Both the position numbers and the translations under genes were made by a program. DNA of 64,000 nt. It comes from a bacterium. Lineage in GTDB: Bacteria > Fidelibacterota > Fidelibacteria > Fidelibacterales > Fidelibacteraceae. Where the stretch lies: positions 1,120,001 through 1,184,000 of the forward strand of contig OY781066.1 of NCBI GenBank assembly GCA_963676395.1, given 5' to 3'. Shown one piece after another: positions 49,427 through 59,233 of this stretch (positions are counted from its first letter, which is position 1; the number at the start of each line of letters is the position of its first letter). A model generated the notes under the pieces. That model was not told the origin of the DNA and ran no database searches. It saw only the letters and a program-made list of their open reading frames with translations.

Positions 49427-51901
49427 TTAATCCTTTATGAGGGCGTATTTTCGCTCGCCTATAAAATACGGGATATTTTCGCCAAAAGCCAGTTTTAGAA
49501 ATTCATCGGGCCTACCGGTTTGAGAATTAATTACTTTATAGCAAACACTTAATTCATTATTAGCATACTCGCACGTACGAATAAAAGGACGAAGATCTAT
49601 AGTCTTAGTACCCTTCTTCTTGTTCTTACGTTCTAATATGATACTGTCACTTTGATTGATCTCTTCAATTCTTGCAAGAAGTCTGCCCTCGTCAATTTCT
49701 TCCAAAAATTTAAAAGCATATTTCAGCTCTGTTGTTTTTTCCATGATCGATGAACGTTTTCCTGAAACAAGATCTGCACCTAATACCTTAATCCCTTCGG
49801 GAAAGATCATATTTAACTTATTCACAGGATCTGTAACTTTGGCATTCAAAACTATATCGATTGTTTCTGCTCCGGCATCATATCCCATGGGAATTGGATA
49901 ACCGGCTGCAATTCTTGGACGACGATTATATCCTTGAGTAAACCGAAATGGCCAACGTAATATATTGCATACACGATAGATCAATCTAAGAAAATCATGA
50001 TGAGCAATGTATCGCATCATCCCTCTTTTCTCCAAAGTTAATCTCAAGGTAAAATAGTCAACCGGATGATCATCGCTTTTTATTTGTTTCTCTACCGCTT
50101 TTTTAATTTTGCTTTCTTCGGCAATTAAAGTCTTTAATTCTGAATTGCATAAACCACAAATCGAGCATTGATCGCGACAATCTGTCGTCGTCTCTGCTCG
50201 CTCTGCCCGCTCCATTTCGGCTCTTAAATAATCTTCCTCAACACCGGTATGAATAAATGACCAAGGCAAGGGTTTAAAGCGATCTTTCTTATCGATCAAA
50301 GCCATAACATCATGCTCACTTTCAGCAATGGCTTTATCCCAAATATCTTGTTTAAAATGTTCTGACCAAGCATCGAATTTAGCGCCATTCTTCCAGGCAT
50401 TGTAAAGGACTTCACCGGTAGACCGATCACCCCGAGACATTATACTTTCGTAGATCGAAAAAGCCGGATCTCTGTGCATTAGTTTTAAACCGGGATATTT
50501 TAATTGATTCCTGATAAAATATATTCTGCGTTCCAATTCTTCGGGTTCAATATGAGCTTCCCATTGAAAAGGTGTATGCGCTTTAGGAATAAAACTGGAA
50601 AGCGTAACATTAATATTTGTATGAGGATACGATTTCGCATGACCATAAATCTTTTTAACCAGATCAACCACACCTTGCAAATCTTCATCCGTTTCGGTCG
50701 GAAGACCAACCATAAAATAAAATTTCAAGGTCTTAAAGCCATTCTCAAGCACCAGGTCAACAGATGAAAAAATATCTTCTTCAGAAATATTTTTATTGAT
50801 CACATCTCTTAATCTTTGGGTTCCAGCCTCAGGAGCAAACGTAAGCCCAGATCGTTTTCTTCCCCCGGCTGCCTCTAAGATCTTCATATTAAAACTATCA
50901 AGGCGCATTGAAGGAAATGATATGGCCACATTATCTTCATCGCATGCGGGAGAAATACCATCAACCAGACTTTCCAACTGACTGTAGTCTGATGTTGAAA
51001 GACTTAACAATGACATTTCTTCATAACCGGTGTTTTTTAAAGTTGCTTTCGTTTGCTCTATTAGATCATCTACTTCACGTTCTCTAACGGGGAGATAAAT
51101 TATACCGGCATGACAAAAACGACAACCGGCACCACAACCACGTTGGATCTCTAAAGCAAATCGATCCTGAGCAACCTCCAATAATGGAATAATAGGTTTA
51201 TGACTATAATTGTCCTTGTATAAAGAGCCAACTTTGGCAGCTTGCAACTTGCCGTCTTTCTCTTCGTTATATACAGCCGGCACATATACACCTTTATCCG
51301 GCAATGAACAGGCTTTTAATATGGTTTCTCTATCTGATCCTTTTTCTCTATGTTCTTTAATGATCTTTGCAATCTTCAGTGTTACTTCTTCACCATCTCC
51401 GATTACAAACATGTCAATAAAATCAGCTAGCGGTTCAGGATTAAATGCACAAGACCCTCCGGCAATTGTAAAAGGATCATCATCTCGTCTATCACTGTTT
51501 CTTATCGGTATGCCTGAAAGATCCATGATATTTAAAATATTTGAATAGATCATTTCGTATTGGAGCGTAAAGCCAACAAGATCAAATTCCTTAAGTGCAT
51601 GTTTAGATTCCAATGAAAACATGGGAATATTTTCATTGCGAAGCAATTCCTCCATGTCTACCCAGGGGGCAAAAGCCCTTTCTGCAAGAATGCCTTCGCT
51701 TCGATTTAATATATTATACAAGATCGGATAACCAATAAAAGGCATGCCAACTTCATATGAATCCGGATACACAAGACAAACGCGCATTGGATTTTCTGAC
51801 CAATCCTTTTTCACCACATTGATCTCATTGCCGGTATATCGACCGGGCTTTTCTACCTGTGTTAGTAAGTAGGGTAGTTTTTGATTTATTCTATCAGTCA
51901 A
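49427..51901 (-). CDS. TIGR03960-type B12-binding radical SAM protein fused to a TIGR03936/DUF2344 domain
   Basis: VEKPGRYTGNEIN, ERAFAPWVD, GFTLQYE, RGCGAGCRFC, TFAPEAG, PKAHTPFQW, FDAWSEHF; C-terminal RYIAHHD...FTQGYN; TTG start. Confidence 0.9.
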   Translation of the reverse strand: MTDRINQKLPYLLTQVEKPGRYTGNEINVVKKDWSENPMRVCLVYPDSYEVGMPFIGYPILYNILNRSEGILAERAFAPWVDMEELLRNENIPMFSLESKHALKEFDLVGFTLQYEMIYSNILNIMDLSGIPIRNSDRRDDDPFTIAGGSCAFNPEPLADFIDMFVIGDGEEVTLKIAKIIKEHREKGSDRETILKACSLPDKGVYVPAVYNEEKDGKLQAAKVGSLYKDNYSHKPIIPLLEVAQDRFALEIQRGCGAGCRFCHAGIIYLPVREREVDDLIEQTKATLKNTGYEEMSLLSLSTSDYSQLESLVDGISPACDEDNVAISFPSMRLDSFNMKILEAAGGRKRSGLTFAPEAGTQRLRDVINKNISEEDIFSSVDLVLENGFKTLKFYFMVGLPTETDEDLQGVVDLVKKIYGHAKSYPHTNINVTLSSFIPKAHTPFQWEAHIEPEELERRIYFIRNQLKYPGLKLMHRDPAFSIYESIMSRGDRSTGEVLYNAWKNGAKFDAWSEHFKQDIWDKAIAESEHDVMALIDKKDRFKPLPWSFIHTGVEEDYLRAEMERAERAETTTDCRDQCSICGLCNSELKTLIAEESKIKKAVEKQIKSDDHPVDYFTLRLTLEKRGMMRYIAHHDFLRLIYRVCNILRWPFRFTQGYNRRPRIAAGYPIPMGYDAGAETIDIVLNAKVTDPVNKLNMIFPEGIKVLGADLVSGKRSSIMEKTTELKYAFKFLEEIDEGRLLARIEEINQSDSIILERKNKKKGTKTIDLRPFIRTCEYANNELSVCYKVINSQTGRPDEFLKLAFGENIPYFIGERKYALIKD

Positions 51902-52289
51902 GTAGTTATCTCTTTCGCATGATCGGTTAACTCTGCTGCTTTACCGAGCATGATCTATTATTTTTCTTGGAGTGAATTACTATCAATTATCAGAATATGG
52001 ATTTGTTTTTAACCAAGCTCAAAGCACATCGGTTAATATATCTATTTGTCAAGGGATTAGCCACTGAATAATGCAAGTGTAAGAGGTAGAGCAAATGGGT
52101 AAAAGAAAGAATAATGATCTTAATAATATATTGAATGAAATATGATTATCGTCCCTCTATTCATGATAATAATTATACAAAATGATATTCATATTAATAT
52201 TATGTACTTTCTTGTTATTTTCAATCCTCATATTTCTCTTGTTTTCATTGACTTTAAGCTATCTTCAAGCTATTTTACTTAGCTTTTTT

Positions 52290-52379
52290 GGAAAGGTGAC
52301 CGAGCTGGCTGAAGGTGCACGATTGGAAATCGTGTGTACTGTTAACGCGGTACCCCGGGTTCGAATCCCGGCCTTTCCG
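52290..52379 (+). tRNA. tRNA-Ser (anticodon GGA)
   Basis: GGAAAGG/CCTTTCC-G acceptor stem; CACGA-TT-GGA-AA-TCGTG anticodon arm; long variable arm; GGTTCGAATCC; CCA not encoded. Confidence 0.96.
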
Positions 52380-52387
52380 CATCATGA

Positions 52388-52415
52388 AATCCCGCCCTCT
52401 GGGCGGGATTCCTTC
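52388..52415 (+). terminator. Hairpin after tRNA-Ser
   Basis: AATCCCGCCC-TCT-GGGCGGGATT followed by CCTTC. Confidence 0.65.
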
Positions 52416-52491
52416 ATATATAAGGGATTTAGAATTGTTATTCTATTTCTTTTTAATTGACTTTGGCTCAGAATTGACTTAATATTTTCAG

Positions 52492-52572
52492 CAATTAAAA
52501 CATGTCCCGAAAGGGTTCAAATAAAGTTTTCGTCCCCCTCTTGAGAAGTCCCTTTTGGGGCTTCTCTACTAT
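52492..52572 (+). ncRNA. Candidate ~80-nt small RNA
   Basis: Promoter TTGACT (52457), 17 nt, TAATAT; CCC-GAAA-GGG hairpin; C-rich CGTCCCCCTC; terminal hairpin GAGAAGTCCC-TTTT-GGGGCTTCTC; no ORF. Confidence 0.35.
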
Positions 52573-52781
52573 ATAGTGTGAAATTTCGAATGTCAAATAT
52601 ACAATTTTACCTCTTAGTTTTAATAAGATATACCAAGGTTTTTTACTGTAATCTCAGCTATTCTTTATTCATAAACACAAGAATTTTCTACTAATTTTTT
52701 ATTCTTAATCATAAGCATTAATTGTCTCTTGGAATTTATATCTTGTTTCTTTATTTTTAGCCCAATACACAGGAGAAATTC

Positions 52782-53675
52782 ATGAATATTCAACTTATCT
52801 ACAACCCGAATTCGGGTGGTGGAAAGGGCGCAAAGCTTTATCCACAAATCCATAAGGCACTCAATGAAGCGGGGCACGAAGTCATTCCATATCGTACGCT
52901 TTACCGTTTTCATGCTTTAGAAATTGCCAAGCACTTGGATCTTAATGCAACAGATTTGGTTTTATCTGCCGGTGGCGATGGAACTATGCATGAAGTATTA
53001 AATGGTTTGATGCAAAATACATCCTCCGATAAGCATCCAACTTTTGGCCTTATTCCTGTTGGCACGGGCAATTCATTTTCCCGTGACTTGAATTTTTGGA
53101 AATGGCAAGATGGTGTTGAAGCCATTATAAATGGTAAAGTTATTGATGTTGACATCATGAAAATTATGTCTGACAAGGAGCCTCACTATTCACTAAATTG
53201 TACCGGCTTTGGCTTTGTTGCCGACGTTAATGTCACCGGTAATAAAATGAAAAAATTCTTTGGTAAAACAGCTTATACGCTTGGTGCTCTAATTGAGATT
53301 CTTCGCTTTAAGCCCCATAAATGCAAGGTTGAAGTTGATGGTGTTCTATATGAATACGATGGTGTTCTAACTAATTTCTCAAACTCTGTGTGGATTGGCG
53401 GCAATATGAAAATTTCACCAACATCCAACATAAGCGATGGGATTGCAGAATGCTTGATATTACATGACCTGCCCAAGAAAAAACTTATGAAAGTGTTTCC
53501 AAAGGTATTTGATGGTTCACATCTTGAAGTAGAGGAATTTGAAATCCTACGCGGAAAACATTTTAAAGCATGGTCTGAACCAGTAAAAGTAACAAACCCC
53601 GATGGTGAAATGTTTGGCGTAACACCTCTTGAAATTACCATGATGCCAAAAGAATTGAGAATGTTAAGTTTATAA
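52782..53675 (+). CDS. Diacylglycerol kinase family lipid kinase (YegS/DagK/BmrU)
   Basis: YNPNSGGG, AGGDGTMHEVLNG, IPVGTGNSF, IGGNM, PDGE. Confidence 0.92.
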   Translation: MNIQLIYNPNSGGGKGAKLYPQIHKALNEAGHEVIPYRTLYRFHALEIAKHLDLNATDLVLSAGGDGTMHEVLNGLMQNTSSDKHPTFGLIPVGTGNSFSRDLNFWKWQDGVEAIINGKVIDVDIMKIMSDKEPHYSLNCTGFGFVADVNVTGNKMKKFFGKTAYTLGALIEILRFKPHKCKVEVDGVLYEYDGVLTNFSNSVWIGGNMKISPTSNISDGIAECLILHDLPKKKLMKVFPKVFDGSHLEVEEFEILRGKHFKAWSEPVKVTNPDGEMFGVTPLEITMMPKELRMLSL

Positions 53676-53700
53676 ATAATGTCAGTATAAAAATAGTTTA

Positions 53701-53740
53701 AATAAACAAAAGGCCCGAAATTCGGGTCTTTTTGTTTATT
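53701..53740. terminator. Bidirectional intrinsic terminator
   Basis: AATAAACAAAAGGCCCGAA-A-TTCGGGTCTTTTTGTTTATT between converging genes. Confidence 0.85.
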
Positions 53741-53778
53741 AAATTTGATATTCGAGGTCTTATAAGCCGTATAGTAGA

Positions 53779-54774
53779 TTAATCTCCCAGCGTTGCAATC
53801 ATAACTGCTTTAATTGTATGCATACGATTTTCCGCTTCATCCCACACGCAGCTAGCATCAGATTCAAATACTTCATCAGATACTTCCATAGCATCAATTC
53901 CATGCTTTTCAAAAATTTCTTGGCCAACTGTTGTTTTTATATCGTGGAAAGCCGGAAGACAATGTAAAAAGATCGTATCACTTTTCCCTGTTTTTGACAT
54001 CATATTTGCATTTACCTGATAGGGAAGTAAAAGTTTAATTCTTTCTTCAAATTGATCTTCTTCGCCCATAGATACCCACACATCCGTATAAATTACATCG
54101 GCATCTTTTACGCCTTCGGTAATATCATCGCAGAGTGAAATCTTTGCTCCGGTATCTTTGGCGATCTCATTTGCTTTTTCAACAAGTTCATCTTGAGGAA
54201 ACAAGTTCTTGGGAGCTACGATCCTAAAATCCATCCCCATCTTGGCGGCACCCACCATCAACGAATTTGCCATATTATTTCTACCATCACCTACAAAAGC
54301 AAAAACGATGTCTTTCAAATAGCCTTTTTGTTCTTTAATGGTTAAAAAATCTGCCAGAATCTGAGTTGGATGAAATGCGTCTGTCAAACCGTTCCAAACA
54401 GGAACTCCGGCATACTCTGCAAGCCCTTCGACTGTTTCATGTTTAAAACCGCGAAATTGAATACCATCAAACATTCTTCCAAGAACGCGTGCGGTATCGG
54501 CTACCGATTCCTTTTTACCAAACTGTACATCATTCTTACCAAGAAATTCAGGATGGGCGCCCTCATCAATCGCAGCAACGGTAAAGGCACATCGGGTACG
54601 GGTTGAGTTCTTTTCGAATAATAAGGCTATATTTTTATTTTCAAGACGGCGAGGAAACTTGCCTTCCTTTTTTTCTTGTTTAACCTGAGCGGAAAGATCA
54701 ATCAGTTCATGGATCTCCTCGGGTGTGTAGTCAAGCAGACTTAGAAATGAACGTCCTTTGAAATTGTTTTTCAT
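53779..54774 (-). CDS. argF: Ornithine carbamoyltransferase
   Basis: [54 protein letters not shown]. Confidence 0.94.
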   Translation of the reverse strand: MKNNFKGRSFLSLLDYTPEEIHELIDLSAQVKQEKKEGKFPRRLENKNIALLFEKNSTRTRCAFTVAAIDEGAHPEFLGKNDVQFGKKESVADTARVLGRMFDGIQFRGFKHETVEGLAEYAGVPVWNGLTDAFHPTQILADFLTIKEQKGYLKDIVFAFVGDGRNNMANSLMVGAAKMGMDFRIVAPKNLFPQDELVEKANEIAKDTGAKISLCDDITEGVKDADVIYTDVWVSMGEEDQFEERIKLLLPYQVNANMMSKTGKSDTIFLHCLPAFHDIKTTVGQEIFEKHGIDAMEVSDEVFESDASCVWDEAENRMHTIKAVMIATLGD

Positions 54775-55033
54775 ATGTATACTCCTTTTTGATAGGGTAA
54801 TATACGGAATAGTTTTTTATAAAAAAGTATTCGAGCACAATATTTATCAATTTTATCTAAAGTGGATATATTCGGATAAAGTGCCTTAAGCACATCTCGC
54901 CACTCTGAAAGTGCATTAATCAACAATGCATTTTTTTCATTTCGACCTCTTAAATATACTTTCTGTTTCAAATCCAAGTTCATATAACTAACAATAAAGT
55001 CCAAAATTAATATCAATTATTTAATTTTCAGTT

Positions 55034-56158
55034 TTACCGCCAATCCAAAAAACAGGAGCTTGGAGTCTTCTTGCAAAAAGAAAGATCAGCATTATCCAGG
55101 CCAAAAACCTGAACGAACATTTTCTTTGGAAACGGCAGAAAGTTTGCCTTTAACATTGGCGTGATGGGGAAATAAGGGATATAGGGCGTTTGTATACCTT
55201 TCCAACCGGCTTCTTTAGCCTTAAAGTTAAGCAGGTGAATTAGATTGACTGCAGAGCGCTTAGAAAGGTGATCCATATTGATCAGATCGACCCAGCCAAA
55301 AGGAATAATGTTGCGAAAGCCGGCAAAATTAAATTTCCAAGCGAGTACAAAACCATCAACTTTGCCCTTGTTGTTTTCGTGCACACAACAAATAATCCCG
55401 GGCTGGTCCATATACCAATTAAAATCATCGCGATCCTTAATGATCGAAGCATCTTTTGTAGAACGATATTCATCTAACAATTCAAAGATCGTATTTTTAT
55501 CTTCCGGCTTGTAAAGACGAACCAAGTTACCGGTTTTCATCGGCTTAATTTTTTTAATTCGCGGAGGTGAAATCAAACGAATAATCCAGCGCTCGTAGAA
55601 TTTTAATTTCATAACCTTTCGCACCGCGGGAATATCAAAGATACGAATGATAAACCAATTGATATCGAACCATTTTATTGTTTTAACTCCTTTATTCCGA
55701 TTGGCGGTAGCAGACCCAAGATCTTTACCGTGCTGCTCTGGTTCAAAGATAGCATAGGCATGTGTAAAGCATCTCTCCTTAAATCCTTCAATAAACTTTG
55801 AGACCAAAAGTGAGCCTACACCCTTGCGTTTATGGTCGGGATGAACAGCTGCCCAGGAAGGCACCATAACCCGAATGGTTTTAGTTAAATCTTTTTCATT
55901 GATGACAAGATCCCGGGGTAAACCTCCCATAAAGCCGACAATATCTCCGCTTCCCACATAAGTAACTTTTACAAAAAACTGCCCCTTTAAATAGGGTGAA
56001 CCAAAAAGTCGCCTTAACATCATGGCATCAAATACGATGGTAGTACCTTCTTTTTGAGCCGCATCGTCTGAAAGAAATGCCTCGGAGATGAGCTCAGAAA
56101 ACATCTCGATATTATCTTTATTCAGATCGAATATTTCCGCTTTATAATCGTTAAACAT
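55034..56158 (-). CDS. Tandem-GNAT acyltransferase (N-myristoyltransferase-like)
   Basis: Motif A VHPDHKRKGVGSLL; second GNAT-like half VRLYKPEDKNTIFELL...GKVDGF. Start placed at ATG 56158 behind AGGGG. Confidence 0.7.
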   Translation of the reverse strand: MFNDYKAEIFDLNKDNIEMFSELISEAFLSDDAAQKEGTTIVFDAMMLRRLFGSPYLKGQFFVKVTYVGSGDIVGFMGGLPRDLVINEKDLTKTIRVMVPSWAAVHPDHKRKGVGSLLVSKFIEGFKERCFTHAYAIFEPEQHGKDLGSATANRNKGVKTIKWFDINWFIIRIFDIPAVRKVMKLKFYERWIIRLISPPRIKKIKPMKTGNLVRLYKPEDKNTIFELLDEYRSTKDASIIKDRDDFNWYMDQPGIICCVHENNKGKVDGFVLAWKFNFAGFRNIIPFGWVDLINMDHLSKRSAVNLIHLLNFKAKEAGWKGIQTPYIPYFPITPMLKANFLPFPKKMFVQVFGLDNADLSFCKKTPSSCFLDWR

Positions 56159-56331
56159 CGTATTACCCCTAATATTTATTTTACTGCCATGTAATATATT
56201 TGTTTTTAGCAAATTATCTCTCGTATTTTATAAATATTCATGTTTCATGTTTTAGCACAATTACGCAAATATTTGTCGCTTCTTATACTTTTGCCTTTTG
56301 CCTTTTGTCTTGAAATATGTATTTTCCCACC

Positions 56332-57591
56332 ATGAGTGAATTACGTCAATTGGCCAAACGCTATCTTTCTATACCAAAGTCGATCAAACTTTTGATCCTT
56401 GGTGCATTTCTTTTGCAGCTGTTAAATGCAACCGCAATGCTTATCATGAATATTTACCTTAGTAAGCTTGGATATGTTGATTCTGAGATAGCCGATTTTG
56501 TATCCTATCGTTTTATCAGTATTCTACTTTTTAGTATTCCTTTTGGATTAATCATTAAGGGTAAAAAATTAAAACCTTTTTTCATTACCGGAGCCTTAAT
56601 TGTTCCCATATCTGGAGTAGCATTACTTTTTGCGGCCAATGCACATATGGATATTTATATAAAGATTCTATTTTTCATCAGTAGTCTTGGATTCATGTTA
56701 ATGCATGTCACTGCATTACCTTTTATTTTGAGACATGGTAAAGAAGAAACACTTTCGGAAAGCATTGCTCTTAATTTTGCGGTTTGGAGTCTTGCAACTA
56801 TTGTTGCCGGTTTTCTTATAAAATTTATTTTTAGTATTGCTCCCAATATTGGCTTAACACAGATTGGTGAATTTGAGGTCATTCTTGGAATATCCTTGAT
56901 AGGAACCTTAAGTATTATACCTTTTTCGTTAATTAAAGAAATTGCCCCAAAACCAGTTGAGCATCATAATGTTTTTCAACATTTAAAAAGCTATAATTGG
57001 AATAGGATCTTCCGCGGATTAGCACCTATGTTCCTTATCTCTATCGGCGCCGGTTTGACCATACCTTTTATGAATCTTTACTTCCATTCTGTATTTAAAA
57101 TGGATTCTGATTCATTTGCACTTATGGGCTCGATTGCCGCTATTATAGTTTTTATTGGTGGAATCATAACGCCATTATTGAGACGGAAACTTGGGTATGG
57201 GTTATCAATTGCTATCACACAATTTTCGGCAATTATTATGCTATTAGCTCTTGCTTCTACACAACTATATTCACATCTTGGTTTTGCCATATGGTTGGCG
57301 GGAGGCACCTTTATACTCAGACAACCATTAATGAATATGGCTTCTCCCATTACGTCTGAATTGGTTATGAAGTATGTCGGTGAACAAAATCGCGAACTAA
57401 TATCTGCTATTGAATCAGGCTTATGGAATGCCTCTTGGTTTGTATCTGCCAAAATCTTTCAATATCTAAGAAGCTTAGATTTAGCATACTACAAAATTTT
57501 TGTTATTACTGCAATTCTCTACAGTTTTGGCACGATAACATATTTGTTTCTGGTTCGAAGATATAATAAAGAAGTAAAACAAAATTCATAA
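56332..57591 (+). CDS. MFS transporter
   Basis: About 12 hydrophobic segments; GAGLTIPFMNLYF motif. Start probably ATG 56332 (TTGCCT, 16 nt, TATTTT, 6 nt); the track gives 56317. Confidence 0.88.
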   Translation: MSELRQLAKRYLSIPKSIKLLILGAFLLQLLNATAMLIMNIYLSKLGYVDSEIADFVSYRFISILLFSIPFGLIIKGKKLKPFFITGALIVPISGVALLFAANAHMDIYIKILFFISSLGFMLMHVTALPFILRHGKEETLSESIALNFAVWSLATIVAGFLIKFIFSIAPNIGLTQIGEFEVILGISLIGTLSIIPFSLIKEIAPKPVEHHNVFQHLKSYNWNRIFRGLAPMFLISIGAGLTIPFMNLYFHSVFKMDSDSFALMGSIAAIIVFIGGIITPLLRRKLGYGLSIAITQFSAIIMLLALASTQLYSHLGFAIWLAGGTFILRQPLMNMASPITSELVMKYVGEQNRELISAIESGLWNASWFVSAKIFQYLRSLDLAYYKIFVITAILYSFGTITYLFLVRRYNKEVKQNS

Positions 57592-57643
57592 TAAATATTA
57601 TACTACGACTTTACCGCAGTATAATATTATTTCATAAACTCAA

Positions 57644-59131
57644 TTATTTATTTAAGTATGTTTTTCTTGCTGTAATGGCTTTAGCATAGGCAATTTCGTA
57701 GTGTTCTGCCGAATCATCCCAAGAAAATGATTTTAACATCGCGCGTTTTTGCATTGCCTTATAATGCTTGGGTCTATCATACCATGTTGATACAGCCCAA
57801 CCAATAGTATCGTAAATAGCGCGCTCTTGTAAATCATAAAACTTAAAGCCCGTGCCTTCACCATTTTGTTCGTTATACTGTTCAACCGTGTCTTCTAATC
57901 CACCCGTTGCACGTACAATTGGCAATGTTCCATAACGAAGTGAATAAATTTGATTTAAACCACAGGGTTCGTAACGAGATGGCATAATGAAGAAATCGGA
58001 ACCGGCTTCAATTTTATGAGCCAATATATTGTTATAACCTATCTGCACACCAATTTTACCGGGATATTTTTTAGACAAGGATGTAAAATAGTTTTCAAGG
58101 TATTTATCACCGGATCCCAAAACAGCAAATTGGACATGCATATTATTAACGATAGCTTCAATCGTATTAGCAAGAATATTTAAGCCTTTTTGTTCAGCCA
58201 TTCTTGAAACAATACCAATGATCGGGGCTTCATTATCATCTAATTGATAATAATTTCTTAAATCCTTTTTGCAAGCTGGTTTCCCGGTCATATTACGTGT
58301 ACTATACTTCTTTGCAATAAGAGTATCCACAGATGGATCCCATTCACTATAATCAACCCCATTTAGAATACCGACGTAATTTTCACCTTTATTTAATAAA
58401 TACTCATGTAAACCAAATGACTGCTCTTCATACAATGTTTCATTTGCATATGTAGGAGATACGGTGTTAACAAGATCGGCAAAATGAATTCCCCCTTTTA
58501 GTAAATTGATTTCACCGTAATCTTCAAAAACATAAGGATTAAAATCACCTTCGCGAAAACCAAGGTACTCATAATCTTTCTTGGGATACTTGCCTTGATA
58601 GCCAATATTGTGGATTGTTAAAATTCCGGCAGAATTTCCGAGGCAAGCATCATTCCAGTGATGTGTTTTTAAATAAGCCAATGCTGCTGATGTTTGCCAA
58701 TCATGCGCATGAACAATATCAACTTTGATTTGTTTTGTTCTACACAAGTAGAGAGCTGCTTGGGATAAAAAAGCAAATCGTTGAGGATTGTCTAAATAAT
58801 CATGTTGGGCTCTATTACAGTACATTCCCTCACGATAAAAATATTTCTGAAAATCTATAAAATAATATTCAAGGTTTGAGTTGATTTTTTTGGGATGGAC
58901 AAGACACCATTCTTCTGTACTTCCCATCCATAAATTCATGGAAAATGGAGCTTCATCTGATTTAATGAATTCTGACGGTATAGAAGCATAAAGAGGCATT
59001 ACAACAATAACTTTGTGACCTCTTTCGGCTAAAGTTTTAGATAGTGCTCCACTAACATCCGCTAATCCACCGGACTTAGCGTAGGGTACGCTTTCAGAAG
59101 CTACAAAAAGAATTGTGTGACGCTTTGCCAT
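57644..59131 (-). CDS. glgA: Glycogen synthase
   Basis: KSGGLADV, HAHDWQ, TIHNIGYQG, TVSPTYA, GILNGVD, SRMAEQKG, MPSRYEPCGLNQ, RATGGL. Confidence 0.96.
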   Translation of the reverse strand: MAKRHTILFVASESVPYAKSGGLADVSGALSKTLAERGHKVIVVMPLYASIPSEFIKSDEAPFSMNLWMGSTEEWCLVHPKKINSNLEYYFIDFQKYFYREGMYCNRAQHDYLDNPQRFAFLSQAALYLCRTKQIKVDIVHAHDWQTSAALAYLKTHHWNDACLGNSAGILTIHNIGYQGKYPKKDYEYLGFREGDFNPYVFEDYGEINLLKGGIHFADLVNTVSPTYANETLYEEQSFGLHEYLLNKGENYVGILNGVDYSEWDPSVDTLIAKKYSTRNMTGKPACKKDLRNYYQLDDNEAPIIGIVSRMAEQKGLNILANTIEAIVNNMHVQFAVLGSGDKYLENYFTSLSKKYPGKIGVQIGYNNILAHKIEAGSDFFIMPSRYEPCGLNQIYSLRYGTLPIVRATGGLEDTVEQYNEQNGEGTGFKFYDLQERAIYDTIGWAVSTWYDRPKHYKAMQKRAMLKSFSWDDSAEHYEIAYAKAITARKTYLNK

Positions 59132-59233
59132 TCATGCTCCAAAATATTCTCTATCAAATATAGTTGATACAAATAAAAAAACCTGCGTTTTTTCAACAAA
59201 TCGTTAAAAAAGACACAGGTTTAAATAATTAAA

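Noticed and set aside
52182..52460. 92-aa ORF in the track
   Set aside because: It spans tRNA-Ser(GGA) and its terminator, so it is a spurious shadow ORF.
54771..55016. 81-aa ORF upstream of argF
   Set aside because: No recognisable family, weak start, and it covers the likely argF promoter. At most a decayed remnant.
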